A DNA stretch of 64,000 bases from an uncultured Bacteroidales bacterium (GCA_947074105.1 CAMTON010000001.1:138058-202057), one strand, 5' to 3'; shown: positions 16,624 through 25,997, numbered from the stretch's first letter. Numbers and translations are program-made. Notes: generated by a model from the sequence alone, not told the origin.

Positions 16624-17139
16624 ATGAATTATCTTATAATATCCGATATACACGGTAGTGAGATTTCAACAAAGAAAGTGCTGAAATATTTCAATGATAA
16701 CAATCTGGATAAAATTATTGTTTTAGGCGACATACTTTATCACGGCCCACGCAATGATATTCCTCACGGATATAACCCTAAAGGAGTAATAGCACTTCTG
16801 AACCCTTTAAAAGAGAAGATAATCGCAGTCAGAGGCAACTGTGAAGCTGAAGTCGATCAGATGGTGCTTGACTTTCCCTGTATGAGCGATTATACTATCA
16901 TTGATTATAATGGAAAAACCATTTTTGCCACTCACGGCCACCTGTGGAATCCCGATAAAATGCCTCCTCTTGAAAAGGGATCCATATTTCTTTACGGTCA
17001 TACCCATCTTTTTGAACAAAGAGTTCAGGACGGAATATTGATCTGCAACCCGGGATCAGTGACACTGCCAAAAGAAAACCGTCCGCCGACATTTGCCACT
17101 CTGATTGACGGAAAGATAGAAATAATCGAACTGACCTGA
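16624..17139 (+). CDS. yfcE: YfcE/MJ0936-family metallophosphoesterase
   Basis: The motif series DIHGS, GDILYHGPRN, GNCE, HGH and GHTH appears in the canonical order; 171 aa. Confidence 0.8.
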   Translation: MNYLIISDIHGSEISTKKVLKYFNDNNLDKIIVLGDILYHGPRNDIPHGYNPKGVIALLNPLKEKIIAVRGNCEAEVDQMVLDFPCMSDYTIIDYNGKTIFATHGHLWNPDKMPPLEKGSIFLYGHTHLFEQRVQDGILICNPGSVTLPKENRPPTFATLIDGKIEIIELT

Positions 17140-17189
17140 GTAGGTCATATAAACGAAGGGTTATTTATCAACGAAAAGACCATTTTATA

Positions 17190-19103
17190 ATGAACGATAC
17201 TAAAAATCCTGTCTCTAATAATCTGTCGCTGATAAAACAGCAGGAATTATTAAGAATGGAATATGAATATGAGAAAGCCCAATATCTGGAGATGTCCGGC
17301 AAGACAAGCATCGAAAAAAATATTCAGACCGGCAGATGCTGGTATCCTGTCCGTATAGGAAGAAGCTTTTATAACTCAGTCAATCAGTATGTGATTGAAG
17401 TTTTCCGCAATCCCTCCGAAGTTGAAGAAAGCGAACTTGAACCGGGCAGATCTGTCTGCTTCTTCGAAAACAGAGGTAATGAAAGAAAATTCATCGGCAA
17501 TATCATCGGTACCATAAGTCTTGTAGACGAAAACCGTATGCTTGTCGTCGTACCTGCGGAATCAGCCAAAACAATCCTTATGAATGCCGAAAATCCCGGT
17601 GTACAGTTGTATTTTGACGAAACATCATATAAAGCGATGTTTGCAGCTCTCAACCGTTCCGCAAATGCAAAAAACAATCGCCTTGCTGAACTGCGCGACA
17701 TAATATGCGGTAACGTAAAACCGGAATTCCGCACCGACTTCCCGGTACGCTTTCCGTGGCTTAATAAAAGCCAGGAGCGGGCCGTACAGAAAGTGCTCGG
17801 TGTACGCGACATATCTATAGTACACGGTCCTCCCGGAACAGGAAAGACAACTACACTTGTAGAGGCCATATATGAAACTCTCCGACGTGAAGAACAGGTC
17901 ATTGTTTCCGCTCAGAGTAATGCCGCCGTCGACTGGATTGCTGAAAAGCTTATAGAGCGCGGCATATCGGTTCTTCGTGTCGGAAATCCGCTTAAAGTAA
18001 GCGATGCTCTTCTTAATGCCACATATGAACGTCGCTACGAAGCTCATCCCGATTATCATGAATTATGGAGTCTGAGAAAAAACCTTCGTGAGATACTTTC
18101 TTCGAAAGACCGTCATGAACCCTCAAAACAAAACCGTATATATAAGATCAAAAACCGTATCACGGAAATTGAGATAAAGATAGATGCCGATATTTTTGCA
18201 GAGACAAAAGTCGTGGCCTGTACTCTTGTAGGTTCCGCGAATCGTGTTCTTGAAAGAAAATATTTCAATACTCTCTTCGTCGATGAAGCAGCTCAGGCTC
18301 TTGATGCGGCATGCTGGATACCTATATCAAAAGTGAACCGCGTAGTCTTTGCCGGCGATCATTTTCAGCTTCCGCCAACCGTAAAATGTATGGAAGCGAA
18401 AAATGAAGGTCTTGATATAACGATGATGGAAAAGCTGGCGCGTAAATATCCAGATATAGTCACACTTCTGAACGTTCAGTACAGGATGAACAGCGATATC
18501 ATGCGTTTCTCTTCCGACTGGTTTTATGAAGGTGATCTTAAAGCCGATCCTTCGGTAGCAGAAAGGACTCTGACATCTCTTGACTATCCTATAGAATGGT
18601 ATGACACCAGAAATATGGAATTCCGGGAAGAACAGAACTCCGATACCATGAGCCGTATAAATAAGGAAGAGGCGGAACTTCTTATTTCTCTTTTTGAAAA
18701 TCTTGTTCAGACGCTCACCGTCGAAAAGATAAGAGACGAAAATATCGACATCGGTATAATATCTCCTTATAAAAAGCAGATAGGCTATATTCGTCATCTT
18801 GTAAAAAGAAACAAACTCCTTCGTTCGATAAAAAAGAATATATCCATCAATACCGTCGACGGCTTTCAGGGACAGGAAAAGGATATAATAATGATAAGTA
18901 TGGTGCGAGGCAATGATCAGGGAAAGATCGGTTTCCTTAATGACCTCAGAAGAATGAATGTAGCAATAACACGCGCAAGAATGAAACTTATCATACTCGG
19001 TGACGCTGAAACCCTCAACCATCATGCTTTCTACCGCAAACTATATGAATATATCAGGGAAAACGGTAAGATAACGGAACTGGAAAAAGAAAAGGATTCT
19101 TAG
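17190..19103 (+). CDS. superfamily-1B helicase, Upf1/DNA2/IGHMBP2-like (AAA_11/AAA_12)
   Basis: Walker A GPPGTGKTTT, Walker B VDEAAQA, and the later motifs VDGFQGQEKD and NVAITRAR. Confidence 0.8.
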   Translation: MNDTKNPVSNNLSLIKQQELLRMEYEYEKAQYLEMSGKTSIEKNIQTGRCWYPVRIGRSFYNSVNQYVIEVFRNPSEVEESELEPGRSVCFFENRGNERKFIGNIIGTISLVDENRMLVVVPAESAKTILMNAENPGVQLYFDETSYKAMFAALNRSANAKNNRLAELRDIICGNVKPEFRTDFPVRFPWLNKSQERAVQKVLGVRDISIVHGPPGTGKTTTLVEAIYETLRREEQVIVSAQSNAAVDWIAEKLIERGISVLRVGNPLKVSDALLNATYERRYEAHPDYHELWSLRKNLREILSSKDRHEPSKQNRIYKIKNRITEIEIKIDADIFAETKVVACTLVGSANRVLERKYFNTLFVDEAAQALDAACWIPISKVNRVVFAGDHFQLPPTVKCMEAKNEGLDITMMEKLARKYPDIVTLLNVQYRMNSDIMRFSSDWFYEGDLKADPSVAERTLTSLDYPIEWYDTRNMEFREEQNSDTMSRINKEEAELLISLFENLVQTLTVEKIRDENIDIGIISPYKKQIGYIRHLVKRNKLLRSIKKNISINTVDGFQGQEKDIIMISMVRGNDQGKIGFLNDLRRMNVAITRARMKLIILGDAETLNHHAFYRKLYEYIRENGKITELEKEKDS

Positions 19104-19123
19104 AATTTTGATATATAGAAATA

Positions 19124-19165
19124 AAAAAACTCTTTTGCTTCATTTATGGCAAAAGAGTTTTCTTG
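19124..19165. terminator. bidirectional terminator between the helicase and GNAT genes
   Basis: AACTCTTTTGC (19129-19139) / GCAAAAGAGTT (19150-19160), flanked by an A-run and a T-run. Confidence 0.75.
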
Positions 19166-19191
19166 TTATATGACGTTCACTCAATATCTTT

Positions 19192-19731
19192 TCAACTTAT
19201 TTCATTCCTTAGTATACTGTAAATTTCAAGATCCTTAAAACTTCCGTCCGGAAATAATTCTCCGGCACGTTCCACCCCCTCAAAAGTGAAACCTGTGCGC
19301 TTAGGTATATTACTGCTGGAAGAATTGCCTACAGCGCATTTTATCTGAATCCTGTTCATTGAAAGTTCATCAAAAGCATATCCGCAAAGAATGGATACGG
19401 CACGAGTGACAATGCCCTTGCCCTGCTCTTTTTCTGACAACCAGTAACCGATCTCTGTTTTTAAATTTTCTCTGTCTGTATCCTTAAAACCTATCAAGCC
19501 TATAAATTCACCTTTTTTACGTATCGTAAACGTGTGCTCTCGTTCTTCTTCCGGTAAACAGACCGTATATTCAACAAAACCTTTAGTAAATTCAGGAGAT
19601 GTAGTAAACGAGACGAACGGAAGCCAGCGACCAAGATATTCACGCTGGTCATCAATCATATCATAAATATCTTTTACATCTTCAATCTGCAATGTTTTAA
19701 GTGATATTTCTTCTGATAATTTTATTTCCAT
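19192..19731 (-). CDS. GNAT family N-acetyltransferase (RimJ/RimL-like)
   Basis: 179 aa; WLSEKEQGKGIVTRAV acetyl-CoA loop; the overall pattern resembles ribosomal-protein acetyltransferases. Confidence 0.7.
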   Translation of the reverse strand: MEIKLSEEISLKTLQIEDVKDIYDMIDDQREYLGRWLPFVSFTTSPEFTKGFVEYTVCLPEEEREHTFTIRKKGEFIGLIGFKDTDRENLKTEIGYWLSEKEQGKGIVTRAVSILCGYAFDELSMNRIQIKCAVGNSSSSNIPKRTGFTFEGVERAGELFPDGSFKDLEIYSILRNEIS

Positions 19732-20173
19732 GTTGATTTTCTATTTATCGCTCGCTATAGCAGGCGTATTGATTCAGTCATATAATCCCGCAAAGAAATC
19801 TTACGTGATTTATATTAACTGATTAATTATTCGTTCTAAGGTAGAAATTATTCTTTACGCTTATTCTTTTCTCTTTATTATTATTTTCATCACAGCAATT
19901 CATTCACCTGCTCCCTGCCATGGGACAGATGTACGCCGGGAGATGTCAGATCTGTTGCCGGTAAAAAGTTCGGTCAATCCCCTTTCGGAATACAGTCAGA
20001 CGCAGAAAGGAAGACGGTCATACGCCGACAGGTAATCGTAAATCGGGGTGCAGGAAAAATAATACAGGAAAGCAGTGCTGATTTTCGGAAGGAATAAAAT
20101 ATGTGATATCCGGAATTCCGGCTTGATGCGGAATCACGGTTTTGCAGCCTGCGCAAAAGCGGAAATATATGAA

Positions 20174-20208
20174 ATAAAAAAAGAGAGCCTTTAATAAGAC
20201 TCTCTTTT
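20174..20208 (-). terminator. rho-independent terminator after tRNA-Arg
   Basis: AAGAGAG (20181-20187) / CTCTCTT (20200-20206), followed on the minus strand by TTTTTTTATTTC. Confidence 0.65.
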
Positions 20209-20210
20209 TG

Positions 20211-20284
20211 TGATCAGGCTGGGATTCGAACCCAGGACCCACAGCTTAGAAGGCTGTTGCTCTATCCAACTGAGCTACCCGACC
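20211..20284 (-). tRNA. tRNA-Arg (anticodon TCT)
   Basis: Hand-folded, 74 nt: GGTCGGG TA GCTC AGTTGGATA GAGC A ACAGC CTTCTAA GCTGT GGGTC CTGGG TTCGAAT CCCAG CCTGATC A. The T-loop is canonical. Confidence 0.9.
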
Positions 20285-20324
20285 ATCCTTAGTTTTGCAG
20301 TCGTTTTGTTTCCCGATTGCGTTG

Positions 20325-20332
20325 CAAAGGTA
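20325..20332 (-). promoter_or_regulatory. -7 box TACCTTTG for tRNA-Arg
   Basis: TAnnTTTG match 41 nt upstream of the tRNA 5' end, the same spacing as at tRNA-Met. Confidence 0.4.
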
Positions 20333-20622
20333 GTGATAAATTCCATTCTCGCAATACCCTGTACGCATTTTTTTCACAAAATATTTTCACTTTTCATGCA
20401 ATGTTGTTATAACTTATTGATAAAAAAAAAGTTACTGCTCAGTTACGAAATGATTTTTTTTGAAAAAAAATTCCCGACTTTTCAAAAGACGGGAACTATA
20501 CTTCGGGAAATAATATATTTTTTGATTATTGACCGGACAAATTACAATTGTAAGCCGGTAATATGTCTGTCAATATATAGGAAGGACCTGATTAATTGTA
20601 TCCTTTTAACATAATTTCTTTA

Positions 20623-22914
20623 TCAGAAAGGATAACCTACGGCAAAATGGAATGTCATATTACGCCCTTTGTCTTCAAACGGGCGTTTTAATACCCACGG
20701 GTCGTAGTCTAAAAGAGACGGATCATAGGCTTTCATCCCAAGGTCAAAGCGAAGAACGAAGAAATTGAAATCAAAACGTATACCAAGTCCGTAGGCAAGA
20801 GCAATCTCTTTATAGAAAGATTCCATGTCAAATGCCCCTCCGCTCTGGTTTTCGTAATCTTTGATTGTCCATACGTTGCCGGCATCGACAAAGGCCGCCA
20901 TTTCAAGTTTCCAGAACAACTTGGATCTGTATTCTATACTTGAGTCAAGTCGGATATCTCCGCATTGATTAAAGTAGTCTAGAGAACCGATTGTAGAATT
21001 GAATCTGCCGGGACCCAGCGTTCGCACCGACCAACCTCTTACACTGTTTGCACCGCCGCTGTAGTATCGCTTTTCAAATGGCATTACGGCAGAGTTGAGA
21101 TAAGGCACTCCGATGCCTGAAGCTATATGGAAAGCAAGAGCGTTCTTACTGTTCAGTTTTTTTGTGTACACATAGTCGAAATCGAGTTTCCAGTATTGTT
21201 CGAAACGCAGACCGGCTATTGTATAAGGATCATCATCTTTTTTCTTTTTAAGAAGCGCAGAAGCTCCGTAAAGCACGTTTCCGGCAAACTCGGTAGCGAT
21301 ACGGAATGAATATATGTCTCTGTTAAGCGAATTCAGACTCTGATTGCTTCTGAAGAACGAATATCCTGTGCGGGAGATAAGGTGATCGTTGTAACTTGAA
21401 TAAGATATAGGATTCTGATTTATGATGCTTTCTATAAAGGCATCCGATTTATATGGCAGATATACATAATTTACGTCTATAAAGTCAAGTGAATGACGGA
21501 AACGGTTATGACGTGTAGCCCAGTTGTAACGGAATCCGGCCCCGGCAATTACGCGCTGATATTCGGGACGCTGCTGAAAGTCGTAGCTCAGCTTGATCTC
21601 AGTATTAGCCCTTATGGTTTTCTTGAAATCACGGCTAAGGAAAGGAAACATGAACTGAGGGAAAGTCAGTCCGACTTCCGCTCCGTATTCCATATAATTG
21701 TTTTTTATAAGATCTTTAAGTTTTCCGGTAAGATATTCATATCCTCCGTGAACTTTCACTGTCAGAACTTCAGCTCCGTGGAAAATATTTCTGTGCTGAT
21801 ATGTTACAGAAGTGGCAAAGCCGAAATTTCCGGCAGAGTTGGTACCTTCCAGTTCTGCACGCAGAGTCTGATTCTTCCCTTTCGTAAGAAGAATATAACA
21901 GTCGAGCAGTCCTTCGTCAACAGGCGAAGGCTCAAACTTCACATTCACATATTTAAGATTCTGAAGACGGGAGAAAGAAGTATAGGTCATATCGACCATT
22001 CTGTCGGAATAGATGTCTCCGGGAATTATAAAGCAGTTTCTTGCCAGCGTAGAGGGAGTGATGAATCTGTCGGGGCCGTAGACGATATGATAGTTATCAT
22101 AGACTACCGTATCTTTTTTCATAAACAGCTCTGACTGCGGATTAAGAGGATCATAATCGGTGATCATCATCACGCGTCCTATCCTGTATCTTTTATGTGC
22201 GATATCGTCGCTGTCACGTCCTTTACGTGGAAGTACGTTAAGAGTAAGACCGACAAGCTTTGACATTGACATCGTGTCGGCGGTGTAATTGATATATTCT
22301 TTATTGAATTCGTAGAATCCGAGGTTTCGTGCACGATTGGTCAGGCGGATTCGCTCTTTGTCAAGCTGCGCTCTGTCGAGCAGCATACCTTCTTTAAGTA
22401 TAGTGGATGAAAATTCATTTTCAAGAATCTGTCCCAGCGTATCCGATGTGTTGTTAAATCTCAGCTCCTCCACTATCAGAGGATCTGCACAGGTGACATT
22501 ATATTTTACATATGCATTTTTCTTTTTGTAAACCACTTCGGCTTCAACATCGGCATTAAGAAAACCTTTGTTGGAAAGCATCTTTCTTATCTCATTTTCT
22601 GATCTTACGGTAAGTGTCTCATCATAAATCACAGGCGCTGTGCCTGATTTTTTCAGAAAGCGGTTATGCCATTTAGTGGAATCTGTGCCCGAAAGAGAAT
22701 ATAATCCGAGCTGCATAGGAATGAATCCGAATGTCTTATGATTGACATTCTGTTTTATATAAGGTTTCACCTCAGATGGTTTCACATTTTTATCGTCGAC
22801 GGAGACCTCCACTTTCTTAACCAGATATCTGCCCTGTGGCACATATTTGGTAAGACTGCAGGAAGAAAGCACTCCTAATAAGATAACGAAAACTATTTTT
22901 CCGGTAAAATTCAT
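20623..22914 (-). CDS. tamL: lipidated Omp85/TamA-family outer-membrane protein (TamL-like)
   Basis: Lipobox (LLGVLSSCS). POTRA-like N-terminal half. Omp85 barrel ending GRNMTFHFAVGYPF. Bacteroidota are known to carry a lipoprotein TamL in place of TamA. Confidence 0.65.
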   Translation of the reverse strand: MNFTGKIVFVILLGVLSSCSLTKYVPQGRYLVKKVEVSVDDKNVKPSEVKPYIKQNVNHKTFGFIPMQLGLYSLSGTDSTKWHNRFLKKSGTAPVIYDETLTVRSENEIRKMLSNKGFLNADVEAEVVYKKKNAYVKYNVTCADPLIVEELRFNNTSDTLGQILENEFSSTILKEGMLLDRAQLDKERIRLTNRARNLGFYEFNKEYINYTADTMSMSKLVGLTLNVLPRKGRDSDDIAHKRYRIGRVMMITDYDPLNPQSELFMKKDTVVYDNYHIVYGPDRFITPSTLARNCFIIPGDIYSDRMVDMTYTSFSRLQNLKYVNVKFEPSPVDEGLLDCYILLTKGKNQTLRAELEGTNSAGNFGFATSVTYQHRNIFHGAEVLTVKVHGGYEYLTGKLKDLIKNNYMEYGAEVGLTFPQFMFPFLSRDFKKTIRANTEIKLSYDFQQRPEYQRVIAGAGFRYNWATRHNRFRHSLDFIDVNYVYLPYKSDAFIESIINQNPISYSSYNDHLISRTGYSFFRSNQSLNSLNRDIYSFRIATEFAGNVLYGASALLKKKKDDDPYTIAGLRFEQYWKLDFDYVYTKKLNSKNALAFHIASGIGVPYLNSAVMPFEKRYYSGGANSVRGWSVRTLGPGRFNSTIGSLDYFNQCGDIRLDSSIEYRSKLFWKLEMAAFVDAGNVWTIKDYENQSGGAFDMESFYKEIALAYGLGIRFDFNFFVLRFDLGMKAYDPSLLDYDPWVLKRPFEDKGRNMTFHFAVGYPF

Positions 22915-22962
22915 CAGAGGAATTTAAAACTTTGGTAAAACACAATAACTATGGAATTAATG

Positions 22963-22970
22963 CAAAGATA
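22963..22970 (-). promoter_or_regulatory. -7 box TATCTTTG for the TamL-like gene
   Basis: TAnnTTTG match 49 nt upstream of the ATG at 22914. Confidence 0.4.
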
Positions 22971-22989
22971 ATATTTCAGTTTTTCTTTT

Positions 22990-22997
22990 TAGCTTTG
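22990..22997 (+). promoter_or_regulatory. -7 box TAGCTTTG for the divergent methyltransferase gene
   Basis: TAnnTTTG match 65 nt upstream of the ATG at 23062. Confidence 0.4.
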
Positions 22998-23061
22998 CAG
23001 AGGGTTTATATGTCATTAATTCCCAACACAAAAATAGCAACGTAAATTATTCCGATATATT

Positions 23062-23820
23062 ATGATTCTTAGCAAAAATGTCATCAAACAGATAAAATCG
23101 CTTGAGCAAAAGAAATACAGAAAAGAAACAGGTCTTTTTGTTGCCGAGGGCACTAAGATTGTTTGTGATAATATCGACACGATGCAGTGTGAATTCATAA
23201 TCGCTACTCAGGAGTGGTTTGACTCTCATCCTGAAATACCGGCAGATATTGAAAAATGCGTCGCGACGAAATCAGAAATCCCGAAAGTGAGCTTTCTTAA
23301 GACTCCGCAGGATGTAGTGGGAGTGTTCAGAATGCCTGTTTATGATCTTAATACCACAGATCTTAAGGATAAACTTTCTCTTGCTCTGGATACCGTTCAG
23401 GATCCGGGAAATCTGGGAACAATAATAAGGATAGCCGATTGGTACGGAATAGAGAATATTGTATGTTCTGCTGCCTCAGCCGACTGTTTTTCGCCTAAGG
23501 TAGTACAGGCTAGTATGGGTGCGATAAGCCGCATAAAGGTGCATTATACAGATCTTCCGACGTTTCTTAATGAGTTTGCCGGGAAGAATATTTTCGGGAC
23601 TTTCCTTGAGGGCGAAAACATATATAAGCGTTCTCTACCTGAAACAGGTGTCATAATAATGGGAAATGAGGGAAAAGGGATAAGCGCGGAAGTTGCGGAT
23701 TTCGTTACCGATAAGCTTTATATTCCCAATTATCCGCAGAATCGTGATACATCAGAATCTCTTAACGTTGCCGTAGCTGCGGCGATAATATGTTCTGAGT
23801 TCAGACGAGGGCTATATTAA
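23062..23820 (+). CDS. TrmH/SpoU-family RNA 2'-O-methyltransferase
   Basis: SpoU motifs NLGTIIRIADWYG, IMGNEGKGIS and ESLNVAVAAAII. Confidence 0.8.
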   Translation: MILSKNVIKQIKSLEQKKYRKETGLFVAEGTKIVCDNIDTMQCEFIIATQEWFDSHPEIPADIEKCVATKSEIPKVSFLKTPQDVVGVFRMPVYDLNTTDLKDKLSLALDTVQDPGNLGTIIRIADWYGIENIVCSAASADCFSPKVVQASMGAISRIKVHYTDLPTFLNEFAGKNIFGTFLEGENIYKRSLPETGVIIMGNEGKGISAEVADFVTDKLYIPNYPQNRDTSESLNVAVAAAIICSEFRRGLY

Positions 23821-23867
23821 TTATATATTGATCAGCAGTTGTCTTAAGAATTTGCATGATTTATAAA

Positions 23868-23908
23868 AGAAAAAGGTTTCAGGAATAATTATCCTGAAAC
23901 CTTTTTTA
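23868..23908. terminator. bidirectional terminator
   Basis: AAAGGTTTCAGGA (23872-23884) / TCCTGAAACCTTT (23892-23904), with A/T-runs on both sides. The right arm overlaps the stop of the 99-aa ORF. Confidence 0.7.
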
Positions 23909-24188
23909 TTATAAAGTCATCATAAGCTTTGTTTTCGGCGGCATGCCTGTTGTAATTGGGAATATGCCATATAATGATCTTTTCTCCCGTATTCACTTCT
24001 TGATCTTCTTCAAAAGGCTTTACGCCTTCCCTGCATATAAGAATTGCTCCGTCAAAAAATGAAGTGAACGGATATTCACGGTTGAGGATCTTTATATCTT
24101 TAAGAATGTCATCTTCCGTAAACACAACACCGTTTATAATCTTTTTATCGCCGTTGATAAGCAGATTAGATGCAAATCCTTTTGTCAT
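23889..24188 (-). CDS. hypothetical protein (99 aa)
   Basis: Clean ORF packed 6 nt after the upstream gene. I recognise no motif. Confidence 0.5.
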   Translation of the reverse strand: MTKGFASNLLINGDKKIINGVVFTEDDILKDIKILNREYPFTSFFDGAILICREGVKPFEEDQEVNTGEKIIIWHIPNYNRHAAENKAYDDFIIKKVSG

Positions 24189-24194
24189 ATTCTT

Positions 24195-25130
24195 TTATTT
24201 AACATTGACACTGTTTTTATCAAGAGTCGGTGTCACCGAATCACCAGTAATCACACGTTGACGCTCCAATTCTCCGATTGCATTTCTGTCAGGTGCGCCT
24301 TCCGGAATAACAAGAGCGGAATCCGCGGCTTTGCCGGCTTCTGAAGCGACAGAATCGACGCCATGAATATTTTCTGTTCCTTTCTTATGATATCTCATAA
24401 GAGATATTGAGTCGATATACAGTTCGTGTACCGGTTTACCGCGTTGAATAAGAGTAAAAGAGGTAAACACATTATCTCCAAGTTTATATTCCTTGTCTTC
24501 GAAAGATACTGTATTCCAGCCGGGCTGATTTATGTTCTGAGATACTGCTTTTGTTATTTCATTGGTGGCAGCATTTCCTAAAACTACACGTACGTAAGTA
24601 TTTGAATCAGCGGGTTGATTAAGAAGCTTGAAATTAAGTACAAGCTGATCTTCGTTATGAAAATTAGTATCAACTTTAATCTCATGTACACGGTTGGCAA
24701 GAACTCCGGGTTCAAGTACGATCTGAGAACTCTTATTCCAGATATCTACAGTATCGCCTACAGGAGTCATTAATGTGCGTTCAAAAGCAAGCACACTTTC
24801 AGTAAGATTTTCTTTCTGTGCTACCAGTCTTTCTGTCACTTTCTGATATATCTTCATATATAGGTCAAGACGGGAACTGTAGAACGAAAGAGATGAGTCG
24901 AATTCAGCTTTTGTCACACCGTTTTTTTTAAGAACCTCAGCTGCGAGTTTTTCTTTCTGAGCATTGGAACCGTATTCGGCGAAGTTTGTCTCCGATATAG
25001 CTTCTGCCGTGTGTATCTCAACAAGGATATTCTCCATTTTGTCCATCTTGATCACTCCTTTCGGAATGCTCGTACACGACACAATGGCTGACAAAAGCAA
25101 AAAGGTTACTAATTTTAAATGAGTATTCAT
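24195..25130 (-). CDS. lipoprotein with DUF4296-like N-terminal region
   Basis: Lipobox (LLSAIVSCTS). IKMDKMENILVEIHTAEAI resembles DUF4296, which usually sits next to lspA in Bacteroidota. The roughly 170-aa C-terminal extension is unassigned. Confidence 0.55.
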   Translation of the reverse strand: MNTHLKLVTFLLLSAIVSCTSIPKGVIKMDKMENILVEIHTAEAISETNFAEYGSNAQKEKLAAEVLKKNGVTKAEFDSSLSFYSSRLDLYMKIYQKVTERLVAQKENLTESVLAFERTLMTPVGDTVDIWNKSSQIVLEPGVLANRVHEIKVDTNFHNEDQLVLNFKLLNQPADSNTYVRVVLGNAATNEITKAVSQNINQPGWNTVSFEDKEYKLGDNVFTSFTLIQRGKPVHELYIDSISLMRYHKKGTENIHGVDSVASEAGKAADSALVIPEGAPDRNAIGELERQRVITGDSVTPTLDKNSVNVK

Positions 25131-25153
25131 ATCAGTTTTATAAACGGCAAAAC

Positions 25154-25816
25154 TTAATCGTTGTTTCCTTTTACCGTATTTTCTTCATTTACGTTTTTAT
25201 CGTCTGTTATTTTCTCGCCAAGGTTATGACGGTAAAAAAGAAGAAGTAAGATCACTCCTACCGTTATGGCTGAGTCTGCTATGTTGAAAACAGGCTGAAA
25301 GAACAGATAATGCTGGCCTCCGATCAGGGGAATCCAGTCGGGCCAGTAAAAGCTCACAAGCGGGAAGTAAAGCATATCTACCACCTTTCCGTAGAAAAAC
25401 GGAGCATAGCCCCCTCCTGCCGGAAATACTTCGGCGATACGTCCGATACTGTCGGAAAATATTCTTCCGTAAAATACAGAGTCGATGATGTTGCCGGCAG
25501 CACCAGCGATGATAAGTGAAGCACAGACAATAAAGCCGGTCGGCATCTTCTGTTTTATGAATTTCACAAGATAATATGTGAATACGCCTACCATTATTAT
25601 TCGGAAAAGCGTAAGGAAAAGTTTGTCGAAAAGCTCAATACCGTATGCCATTCCGTTGTTTTCCGTAAAGTATATCTGAAACCAGGATGTAACTTTGATA
25701 CTTTCGTGCATTACCATATGGGTCTTAACCCATATTTTTGATGCCTGATCGGCTATTAAGACAGCCAGAACTACGATAACGGACCATCCCGTGCGGGTTA
25801 TTTTCGATTTACTCAT
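25154..25816 (-). CDS. lspA: lipoprotein signal peptidase II
   Basis: NNGMAYG and FNIADSAITVG motifs and four TM segments. I use the ATG at 25816 (MSKSKITRTGW), because a terminator and a TATATTTG box lie inside the longer track ORF. Confidence 0.85.
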   Translation of the reverse strand: MSKSKITRTGWSVIVVLAVLIADQASKIWVKTHMVMHESIKVTSWFQIYFTENNGMAYGIELFDKLFLTLFRIIMVGVFTYYLVKFIKQKMPTGFIVCASLIIAGAAGNIIDSVFYGRIFSDSIGRIAEVFPAGGGYAPFFYGKVVDMLYFPLVSFYWPDWIPLIGGQHYLFFQPVFNIADSAITVGVILLLLFYRHNLGEKITDDKNVNEENTVKGNND

Positions 25817-25889
25817 TTTTTCAGGAAGATATATTTTAAATTGTTTCTGCTTGGTTTCCGTAAAATTTAACGGTGTTTTAATTAATGTG

Positions 25890-25897
25890 CAAATATA
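25890..25897 (-). promoter_or_regulatory. -7 box TATATTTG for lspA
   Basis: TAnnTTTG match 74 nt upstream of the ATG at 25816. Confidence 0.4.
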
Positions 25898-25921
25898 AAC
25901 AAATGGATGGTAATTGAAAAA

Positions 25922-25969
25922 AACAGAAAAAGAAAAGCCATAATCTCCCATATAGGAAACCATGGCTTC
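25922..25969 (-). terminator. terminator after the dksA-like gene
   Basis: AAGCCAT (25935-25941) / ATGGCTT (25962-25968), followed on the minus strand by TTTCTTTTTCTGTTTTTTT. Confidence 0.55.
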
Positions 25970-25997
25970 ATATTATTAATTCGTGATTATCTGCAAT

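Noticed and set aside
18327-19025. 232-aa minus-strand ORF (also 17384-17902 and 17625-18059) inside the helicase gene
   Set aside because: It is antisense to a gene with a complete SF1 motif set and has no independent support.
19905-20165. RNase P RNA or a TPP (THI-box) riboswitch as the identity of the GC-rich island
   Set aside because: AAAGTTCGG (19965-73) and GAATTCCGGCTTGA (20113-26) vaguely recall RNase P CR-I/CR-V, and GGGGTGC..GCTGA..TGTGATATCCGG recalls a THI box. However, the invariant GGAAAGUCCGG, CUGAGA and ACCUGAU cores are absent and no P1 complement exists. The block is about 100 nt too short for RNase P, and no plus-strand gene follows for a riboswitch.
20018-20614. ORFs 19974-20156, 20018-20242 (minus) and 20210-20614 (plus) around tRNA-Arg
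   Set aside because: They overlap the tRNA gene, its terminator and its promoter, and have no protein-like features.
21493-22134. 213-aa plus-strand ORF inside the TamL-like gene
   Set aside because: Antisense artefact, for the same reasons as above.
25817-25963. 49-codon N-terminal extension of lspA in the ORF track
   Set aside because: It contains a terminator hairpin (25922-25969) and a TATATTTG promoter box (25890-25897). The LspA homology starts at the internal ATG.
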